A model generated the notes under the pieces. It was not told the origin of the DNA. It searched no databases and saw nothing but the letters and a program-made list of their open reading frames with translations. Below are positions 1 through 7,646 of a stretch of 20,000 nucleotides of DNA, piece by piece. Source of the stretch: Stramenopiles sp. TOSAG23-2 (Eukaryota); contig LT649238.1 of assembly GCA_900128395.1 (NCBI GenBank), positions 61,310 to 81,309 on the forward strand. Reading direction: 5' to 3'. A program made the translations under genes and the position numbers. How positions within the stretch are numbered: position 1 is the first letter of the stretch; the number at the start of each line of letters is the position of its first letter.

Positions 1-180
1 CATATTCTTACGCGATAGAAGTTGAGATGTTTGGGATGTTTTACCAACATATATACCAGCTCGTTTGCCAAGCATCTCGGTGACTGCTTCGCCATTTCCT
101 TCCACAATGGTTGCAAACAAACTGCAAGTTATAATAAATAGAGAAAGACTCCAAATAACTGTTGTTACAGTGGACTTCAT
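1..180 (-). CDS. 5' end of a putative secreted/membrane protein (partial, runs off window start)
   Basis: Translated by hand from ATG at 180: MKSTVTTVIWSLSLFIITCSLFATIVEGNGEAVTEMLGKRAGIYVGKTSQTSQLLSRKNM. It is 60 codons without a stop, with a signal-peptide-like start (basic residue, hydrophobic core, V-E-G cleavage-like site). Not in the ORF track because no stop lies in the window. Confidence 0.7.
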   Translation of the reverse strand, partial: MKSTVTTVIWSLSLFIITCSLFATIVEGNGEAVTEMLGKRAGIYVGKTSQTSQLLSRKNM

Positions 181-629
181 CTTTATGTATCTATTGTTTT
201 ATAAAAGTGTAACGCTACAAATTAATACCAAAGGCAAATTGATTCTATCACACACTTTCTTGCTAAAAAAAAAATGTTTCAACGTGGTAATACAAAATCC
301 TCATTGTGTTTTTGCTATTCTATAAATATATTTATTAAATAAAATATACTGTAGTTATTAGTTATTATATAGTTTTTTTGTTATCTTGTGTAGTGCTGTA
401 CTGAGTATAACAGCCATATACAACGCCCCACTTTTTTGTCTGACTGGCTGACGTCAGAGATAGAAGTGTCCTAAAATCTAAAAACAAGTATAAAGTTGCT
501 GTATAGTAGTTTTATAAAGTCTGTAACCTGTACATGTATACTAGAATACTGTAAAAGCACATTTTGATATTCCTATGATACTACTAAAACTGATATAGCA
601 AAGATGCCTTCATTTTGTCACCATTCTTA

Positions 630-765
630 CGAGCGCTGTTTCTGGAATTTATCAGATTTTTAATGCTCTATCTATGCTATTTAATGCTGTGTCCATGCTA
701 AATTTTAGGTAGGTAAAGATTAATAGGATTTTCTGGATTTGAATAAAATCCAGAAACAGCGCTCG
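630..765. mobile_element. MITE-like element, Tc1/mariner-type (TA target-site duplication)
   Basis: Perfect 17-bp terminal inverted repeats CGAGCGCTGTTTCTGGA (630-646) and TCCAGAAACAGCGCTCG (749-765), extending inward about 6 bp with one mismatch. TA flanks both sides (628-629, 766-767) and symmetry stops immediately outside the TA. The interior is non-coding. Confidence 0.75.
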
Positions 766-1170
766 TATGAGTCACATACTGTATGCACATATAGACCAAC
801 CATTTACCATTTACGTCAAAAATATATACCTGTATAATGTACATATATAGGCATATATCATATTGTACTATATAATATCAATGTGGGCATCATATTTATT
901 AATTTGCGTATTTTATTATTAGAATATTATAGAATTTACTCAGAAAAGAACACGCAAGACATATTGATTATTATTATTATCATTGTTATTACTACAAATT
1001 GTGTACTGTTTTTACAAAATTTTTAAGTACGATTGGTACACATTTTGTTTTCTTAAATTTTAAATAATATTAAATATTCATATATATAGACTATTGCACT
1101 ATTTATAAATATTATTATTATTTTTTGGTATGATATCATATCATAACATTTTATAAGCAATATATAACAA

Positions 1171-1295
1171 ATGAAAAACAACCCATTTCAACAAATGAAA
1201 CAAAAGCTATACTTGATAAATTAAACACTTCAATATATATTGATAAAAGTCCAAAAGGTTTTTTAGATGCGCCTATAGTTGATTTAGTCAACATG
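1171..1295 (+). pseudogene. TYW3: N-terminal fragment of tRNA wybutosine methyltransferase TYW3 (frameshifted, truncated)
   Basis: ATG 1171 reads MKNNPFQQMKQ. After a -1 shift in the A run at 1202-1205 it continues KAILDKLNTSIYIDKSPKGFLDAPIVDLVNM. F-x3-K...DKSPKG-x2-D-x-PI is the recognisable TYW3 N-terminus, but the expected TTSSCSGR motif does not follow. Confidence 0.7.
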
Positions 1296-1299
1296 TTCT

Positions 1300-2220
1300 T
1301 CACACTTTCATTGCTAAAAACATGCTTAATTTTCTACCATCATCTGGTTGAATATACACATTGTTTCGTAAAATTTTCATTCCATATTTAATATGAAAAA
1401 CACTTTCTAATTCTTCTACATCAATTTTATCTTTCATTTTCTTTGGCTTGATATTGCATGTTAAAAAGCTATGGATACAAAGCATACCACCAACATTTAA
1501 CAATTTATATATTTCCTCAAAAATATCACGACATAGAAATCGAGAGATAATAACAATTGACAATCCATTATCAACAATGTTTTTGTTAGATTGTTGATAA
1601 TCGTTAAATAATTCATGTAAAGAACCTGCTTGACGGATATCTTTTTGTATTTCTATAATATTTGAAAGGTTATAATTTTTTGCAAAATCTCGTACTTGAG
1701 TAATTTTACCAGGTAAATTATCAACTGCAATTATATTTGATTTATCAAAATATTTAGCCATGAAAATTATATCACGCCCACTGCCACAACCTAAATCAAT
1801 TATATTTGTATCTCTATTGTTTTCAATCATGGATTTCATAAATTTAATTTCTTGTTTTAGTAATGGACATGGTTGAAATGGAAACGCATATTTATCATTT
1901 CTATTATTTACTTTATCGTTTCTATTATTTTTAGGTAAATATTTAATTTCGTCCCATAATATAAAGCCTTCAATATTGAACGGTTGTTTCATAAACCAAT
2001 CATATACTTTATTTAATTCTTTTTTACATACAACTACAAAAAATTTAATATATCGTGGAGGTAATTCATATTTTCTATCATTTAAAAGTAGAAATGGAAG
2101 ATTAAAAGAATTAATAATATGATTTTCCATAAATTCTAGTTCAGAACGTATGTCAATAATAGTTAAATTTCTTGTAGCCAATTCGAATAATGATGATTCC
2201 ATCGTTGTTACAGATGCCAT
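1300..2220 (-). CDS. Rhodanese-domain + class I SAM-dependent methyltransferase (TehB-like) fusion
   Basis: N-terminal IIDIRSELEFMENHIINSFNLP matches the rhodanese DVR..EF...HI..S.NIP pattern. C-terminal IIDLGCGSGRD is SAM motif I, followed by AVDN and RFL...LLNVGGML. First ATG is at 2220 (the ORF track starts at a GTG at 2232). Confidence 0.8.
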   Translation of the reverse strand: MASVTTMESSLFELATRNLTIIDIRSELEFMENHIINSFNLPFLLLNDRKYELPPRYIKFFVVVCKKELNKVYDWFMKQPFNIEGFILWDEIKYLPKNNRNDKVNNRNDKYAFPFQPCPLLKQEIKFMKSMIENNRDTNIIDLGCGSGRDIIFMAKYFDKSNIIAVDNLPGKITQVRDFAKNYNLSNIIEIQKDIRQAGSLHELFNDYQQSNKNIVDNGLSIVIISRFLCRDIFEEIYKLLNVGGMLCIHSFLTCNIKPKKMKDKIDVEELESVFHIKYGMKILRNNVYIQPDDGRKLSMFLAMKV

Positions 2221-2842
2221 GATGGTGTTCACAATCGTTATTATATTATTATATTTTATATTTCAAAACCAATTTTATTTGGATGTATATGTATTATTAA
2301 TGGAATTAATATAGAGTATATTTCAAATCAACAATAATCAGACTGTTTTTTTTTTTTGTAGATGATCTCTTCTCTTCTTCTTGATTTTATTGATGTGGTT
2401 ATATGGTGGCCAGATACAGTGTTACAGTATAGATCCTAGATTAAATAGCTCTACAGTATTAAAAATAGTAGTGTTTGTTTTTTTGGTGTGCTATCCAGCT
2501 ACTGTATACCACAGGCACCAGGTAGGCAATCACCGGATTTAGAACCCAGACCAATACTGTATATTAATAATAAGCCTATACTATGCTTATGCTATCCACT
2601 GTGGATCTCTGTCCATCACCTTATCACTTTACAGGACGAATAAAATATACTACAGGTATACCATAATAATACCATCTGTTATTATAGACTATCTTTTATA
2701 CAACTTTGCAAAAGATATATATAAAAACTCCACAGAAACATATAAAAGAGAAAAAAGAGAAAGAACACACACGAAGAAAAAGAATAATAAAACAAAATAG
2801 AAACTATAACTCCGACAAAAAGAAAACAATCAAAAAATCATT

Positions 2843-3307
2843 ATGGATACTTGCAGCGACACCGAAAAAGCAAAAGCTACTGAATTAACAGCTATGGGAT
2901 TACCAGAAGGACAAGCTGTAGCATCAGCAAAAGCTTTGACAACGGGGACCACTCCTTCAGCTTCAGCTACATCGGTATACGCGATGATGAGCATCAATGA
3001 AGATGCAGATTTAGAGGCACTTAAAGAAGCCCTTGCAGCGTATGCCGCAGCAGCCAAAGCAAGCCCAGGTAAAGTTCATGCGGCATATAGTATGTCTGAT
3101 AAACAAATTACTTTCGTTGAGGTATACGACTCTCCAAAGGCAATGGACTGTCATATTGGAAATTGTTTCCCACATTATGTTAAAATGGTTCCTCATACAA
3201 AAATGACGGAACTTGTCGGATGTGTTGAACCATCTGAACTCGAATGGTGGAAAAAATCTGCTTCTGCATGGGGTGCTACCAAATTCGTAATGGAACCAAA
3301 TGTTTAA
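2843..3307 (+). CDS. Small protein with putative ABM/dimeric alpha-beta barrel domain
   Basis: 154-aa ORF, more GC-rich than its flanks. FVEVYDSPKAMDCH resembles the ABM-family E-x-Y-x-[SD]-x2-A-x2-H motif. The family call is tentative. Confidence 0.6.
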   Translation: MDTCSDTEKAKATELTAMGLPEGQAVASAKALTTGTTPSASATSVYAMMSINEDADLEALKEALAAYAAAAKASPGKVHAAYSMSDKQITFVEVYDSPKAMDCHIGNCFPHYVKMVPHTKMTELVGCVEPSELEWWKKSASAWGATKFVMEPNV

Positions 3308-3346
3308 ATTTTGGAAAGAAGATGCTCTATACCACTCAGTACTCAA

Positions 3347-3363
3347 GAGAGAGAGAGAGAGAG
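3347..3363. repeat. (GA)n microsatellite
   Basis: agagagagagagagaga run downstream of the 2843-3307 gene; a shorter one lies near 3502-3518. Confidence 0.85.
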
Positions 3364-4042
3364 TTCAAAATAGATAGAGGGACAACACAGGACGAGAGAC
3401 GTATATTATCATCATTTAAAAAAAACTGGGTGGTGCCAGAAAGAGTAAAAATTACCACACACACACATTATTATACGTCGTAAATTTATTAAGATGTTAC
3501 CGAGAGAGAGGGAGAGAGGTATATTTTATGAAAAATTGCACAAAAATTTTCAGAGTGTGGTAACAAAATATGGATTGGTTGTTTCATATAACAAAGGACT
3601 GAAGTGTCATGTATTTATTTAATTACAAGAGTATCAGTATCATACATATTTATACACACGGGATCACCAAATATCATATCATATAATATGTATATATATA
3701 TATCATATGTATGATATCATACGAATCGTGTCATATCATATAAAATTAAATAATTATACCAAAAAAAAATATTTATATTATATATATATCTTTTTTACAA
3801 GGAGTAGCATCAGTACCGGCATATTAGTAGACTATTATATCTTTTATCAAAAAATGTACGAATATTATTTTTTAGTTTTTTTTTAAAAAAAATTTTTACT
3901 CCTCCCTCCAGATTTAAAAAATATGGTACACACACGAAGCGTAACATATATATATATATGCATACGAGATATTATAGTACTCATTATGATAGTACATACA
4001 TTCAATTTTGAATAACAATGTGTATCGGGTATCAATATGTGA

Positions 4043-4043
<1 letters not shown>

Positions 4044-4094
<51 letters not shown>
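4044..4094. repeat. (CA)25 microsatellite
   Basis: Perfect CA dinucleotide run read directly from the sequence. Confidence 0.98.
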
Positions 4095-4098
<4 letters not shown>

Positions 4099-4204
4099 TA
4101 AACAGAAGAAGAGATTATTTTTTTAAAAAATAATCTCAAAAATGAAAAACAGGAAAATTGTTGTGATAATGAACACATATATTAAAATATGAATGTACCA
4201 CACT

Positions 4205-5443
4205 TCATTTAAATGTCATTGGTGTTGCACCAGGCAATTCATATTTTTCTTTATGTTTATCATACAAACTTTGTAAACTTTTTAAATATGTTGCATGAAT
4301 CTCATCCACTTTTTCATTATCAATATTACCAGCAAAACCACTGCAATCGATTGGCTCGCCAATGACAACAGTTAATTGACGACGATATGGTAACATTCCA
4401 AAATTATATTGAAACATTCCACGGCCATAATATACTGGAAAGAAAAATCCTATAGTTTTATGAAAATGATTTTGATATTTTTTCACCAACGTATTAGTTA
4501 CTGGTGTAAACAAATCATTTTCCCCAAAACCAATCACAGGAACGATAGAAGCACCAGCTTCCATTGCAACTTTAACAAATCCTTTTCGTTTTAAAACAGT
4601 GAAATTATTTGTTTTTGGCACTGCATCCATAGCTTCACGGGCACCACCGACTAATAAACAAATGGAACGACCTGGTCCACCATTTTTAAGTGTATTAATG
4701 CAGGTTTTTTTACCGCATGACAAGCCACCGCAGGCTAATAGAAACTCCCGGTAAAAGGGGACATAGAACATCGCTTTTAACATGCACAAGCTAACATTTA
4801 ACCCTGGAAAAAGTGTTGAAAAGTTAGTAGCTTTTGTACTGAATGTAAACGCAGCGCCTAAGCCAATCACACCATGAGGATGATAGGCAAATAAATAATT
4901 TTTCGATGAATCAAATGTCCCATCAAAACCTTTCACAACTTTTGACGTACCTTTTCCAAAATATTCAAATGCATATTTAAATACAGGTAAATTTTGAGCT
5001 ATTTTTTTAATCCATGGGATGTTTTCATATCCACCTCTCGCAGGCGTGCGACTACTGAAACAATAGACACCGTAAATAAACAATAAACTTTTCAAATAGA
5101 CACTTGTATATGATGAAAAAAATAAATAAAAATAGAGTATTGTACAATATGTTCCAGCTAATATAGGGAAGATTAATGCAACGGAAAGAGTTTGTAAACG
5201 CCTTTTTAATGGTATAAAACAAGGTGCAAATCTTATACCAATAGAATTGCCACTGATAACAAAAAAGCACATGGATAATAAAACCGTTGTAACTGGCACA
5301 ACAAGTAGAGTTAATTGATCGGCATTTGTCATCCCGTTAATTGTCGTAGTAGTACTGTTTATCATGATAGATATATTGTTCAACGTTGTCGTTATATAAA
5401 GTTCTTTTTTGACATCATCTATGCATCTGTTTTCTCTTGTCAT
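4205..5443 (-). CDS. DGAT2: Diacylglycerol/monoacylglycerol O-acyltransferase (DGAT2/MOGAT family)
   Basis: Motifs YHPHG, GGAREA (GGxxE), RKGFVKVA, IVPVIGFGENDLF, GRG and VVIGEPI, with N-terminal hydrophobic segments. The YFP motif appears as YFG. The start codon is uncertain (several Met in the first 40 aa). Confidence 0.92.
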   Translation of the reverse strand: MTRENRCIDDVKKELYITTTLNNISIMINSTTTTINGMTNADQLTLLVVPVTTVLLSMCFFVISGNSIGIRFAPCFIPLKRRLQTLSVALIFPILAGTYCTILYFYLFFSSYTSVYLKSLLFIYGVYCFSSRTPARGGYENIPWIKKIAQNLPVFKYAFEYFGKGTSKVVKGFDGTFDSSKNYLFAYHPHGVIGLGAAFTFSTKATNFSTLFPGLNVSLCMLKAMFYVPFYREFLLACGGLSCGKKTCINTLKNGGPGRSICLLVGGAREAMDAVPKTNNFTVLKRKGFVKVAMEAGASIVPVIGFGENDLFTPVTNTLVKKYQNHFHKTIGFFFPVYYGRGMFQYNFGMLPYRRQLTVVIGEPIDCSGFAGNIDNEKVDEIHATYLKSLQSLYDKHKEKYELPGATPMTFK

Positions 5444-5696
5444 TGGATATTAGCATGTCAATAGTATTACCTGATGAAAGCTTTTCCAGTCTGAGTTTTG
5501 TACACACCCACTTCAATATTGATTATTTATTGTGGTGATCAATGCTATTACGGCTTACGACTCCTCGTAAATTATTAGGGTGCTTTTACTTTCTAACACT
5601 AGCACAGCATGCGGGCATGCATCAATCAAAATTCGAAGAGCAAATATTTTCATTTCTAATTGTGATGATGCAGCAATTTTCCTAGGTGTTAGCCAG

Positions 5697-5732
5697 TTAG
5701 CATAGGAATAGCATATTAGCATAGGAATAGCA
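5697..5732. repeat. Short direct repeat TTAGCATAGGAATAGCA x2 (period 19)
   Basis: Identical 17-mers at 5697-5713 and 5716-5732 in the DGAT2/NHase divergent intergenic region. Confidence 0.9.
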
Positions 5733-5848
5733 CTATAAATACAACCAATATTTACGATTTACGATCCTACCTCTGCACACCTCTTTTTGCTTTTCTTTTC
5801 GATCGAAAAAGATTTGCAATAAATATATCCTAGGATTTCATACTGCAA

Positions 5849-6053
5849 TGTCATTTTATTGCATATCGTAAAAAAAGATCCATATTGTAAATAATATATC
5901 ATAGCTACATTTAATTTATTTATTATAAACAATACTGCATTTTATATACTGTCATTTTATTGCATATCGTAAAAAAAGATCCATATTGTAAATAATATAT
6001 CGTAGCTACATTTAATTTATTTATTATAAACAATACTGCATTTTATATACTGT
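5849..6053. repeat. 101-bp tandem duplication immediately upstream of the nitrile hydratase ATG
   Basis: Copy 1 is 5849-5949 and copy 2 is 5950-6050 (plus TGT). They are identical except A5901 vs G6002. Confidence 0.95.
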
Positions 6054-6061
6054 ACGTCAAT

Positions 6062-7606
6062 ATGTCATCATTAATACCAACGCCATCCATACGTTCAGCA
6101 GCGCAAGTACAAGATGTAGGTGGTAAAATACAACATTATGATAAAATTGATAGGGAAAAGCATGAAGTGCAGTATTGGGAAAAACAAATACATGCATGTT
6201 TAACATTGCTCATGAGAAAAAATGTAATGAATGTAGATGAACTAAGGCGTGGAATTGAATCATTAAGCAAAGAAGTATATGATAATTCAAGTTATTATGA
6301 AAAATGGGCTATGTCCATTGCAAAGATACAATTGGAAAGAAAAACAATTACACAAAAAGATTTAGATGAAGCATTAGGTATAAAAGAAGAAGTACATGAA
6401 CAATTATTTCAAGTTGGTGATAAAGTACGTGTACGAGGTGAAAATTTAAATACCCGTTGGAGAAAACCACACGTAAGAACACCTGGATACATATATGGTA
6501 TTAGTGGAATTGTTGAACGTTTTTGTGGCATGTATAAAGATCCAATGCAAAATGCATATTTAGCAGCTAATAATTTAATGCCATTGTATCGTATACGTTT
6601 TAAACAGAAAGAAGTTTGGCCTGAATATTCTGGGCATAATGAAGATACAATTGATATTGAAATATTTCAAAATTGGTTGGATTTCAACAATGAAAGTGAC
6701 AATAATAATAATAACAGCAACAACAATTCTAAAAGCAATATGGAATTACCAAAGGATTCCCTTGGTGATTCCACACCTTTAAGATGGGATGGTAATAAAT
6801 GGGTTGAGGTAAATCCATCTTCTACTTCAATTTGTTTACCAGTTAATGATTCATCAAAGATAGAAGAAGAAGATTGTCATTCAACAATAACGAGAAAGTT
6901 TGAAATTAAAAATACCCATACAGATCGTCAATTAATTGAGAAAAATGCAATAAAAAAAGAAGAAGAAGCAAATCAACAACACGGTGATGCACCTGGTAAA
7001 TACCAACCATTCGCTGCTGCATTATTAAAAGCATTTATAACCAAAGGTGTATTTACTACAGGTGAATTGAGTAAAATGACATCTCGTATCGGTGAATCAT
7101 TTGCAATAAACGCATGTGCAAAAGGTAAAACATTAGTAGCAAAAGCATGGAAAGATCCTAAATATAGAGAATTGTTATTAAATAATTCTGAAAAAGCATT
7201 GGAAATGATTGGATTTCCACCACCACAAGGAATCGGTTCAAAATTAGTTGTTGTTGAAAATACAGAGAGTGTTCACAATTTAGTTGTATGTACGTTGTGC
7301 TCTTGTTTCCCATCAAGGTTACTTGGTAATCCACCAGGTTGGTATAAATCAAGAAGTTATCGATCTAGATCTGTACGAGAACCACGTAGTGTGTTGAAAG
7401 AATTTGGAATTGATATCGATAGTAATGTACGAATTCAAGTTCACGACAGTACAGCCGATATGCGTTATATTGTATTACCAAAAATACCAAATAATATGGT
7501 AAGAAAAATTGATGATATATCCATGGAAGAAATTGAAAGTATTATTACAAGGGATTGCATGATTGGTACAGATGTGCCAGTGTATGTTGAAAATGAAAAG
7601 TTGTAA
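6062..7606 (+). CDS. Fused beta-alpha nitrile hydratase (cobalt-type-like; NHase/thiocyanate hydrolase family)
   Basis: Beta part: QDVGG, YWEK, VDELRRGIESL, YYEKW, FQVGDKVRV, HVRTPGY, LYRIRF..EVW. Alpha part: LVAKAWKDP, VVENTESVHNLVVCTLCSCFP, PPGWYKS..YRSR.VREPR.VL.EFG, VHDSTADMRYIVLP, ITRDCMIG. Confidence 0.95.
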   Translation: MSSLIPTPSIRSAAQVQDVGGKIQHYDKIDREKHEVQYWEKQIHACLTLLMRKNVMNVDELRRGIESLSKEVYDNSSYYEKWAMSIAKIQLERKTITQKDLDEALGIKEEVHEQLFQVGDKVRVRGENLNTRWRKPHVRTPGYIYGISGIVERFCGMYKDPMQNAYLAANNLMPLYRIRFKQKEVWPEYSGHNEDTIDIEIFQNWLDFNNESDNNNNNSNNNSKSNMELPKDSLGDSTPLRWDGNKWVEVNPSSTSICLPVNDSSKIEEEDCHSTITRKFEIKNTHTDRQLIEKNAIKKEEEANQQHGDAPGKYQPFAAALLKAFITKGVFTTGELSKMTSRIGESFAINACAKGKTLVAKAWKDPKYRELLLNNSEKALEMIGFPPPQGIGSKLVVVENTESVHNLVVCTLCSCFPSRLLGNPPGWYKSRSYRSRSVREPRSVLKEFGIDIDSNVRIQVHDSTADMRYIVLPKIPNNMVRKIDDISMEEIESIITRDCMIGTDVPVYVENEKL

Positions 7607-7646
7607 AATAAATGTTAAAATAAAGTTGTAAATTTATTTTATTTTA

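Noticed and set aside
65..325. 86-aa plus-strand ORF
   Set aside because: Starts at TTG and is the antisense shadow of the better-supported minus-strand signal-peptide ORF starting at 180.
2415..2561. Several TACAGT/ACTGTA Tc1-like ends
   Set aside because: The longest inverted match is about 9 bp in AT-rich DNA, with no convincing TIR pair.
2612..2665. Plus-strand peptide PSPYHFTGRIKYTTGIP considered as a downstream TYW3 exon
   Set aside because: Only GRI matches; it lacks TTSSCS and stops after a few codons.
3883..4092. ORF beginning MCVCVCVC
   Set aside because: Translation artefact of the (CA)n microsatellite.
5849..6053. CRISPR-like array
   Set aside because: Only two directly abutting copies with no spacers, eukaryotic context and no cas genes.
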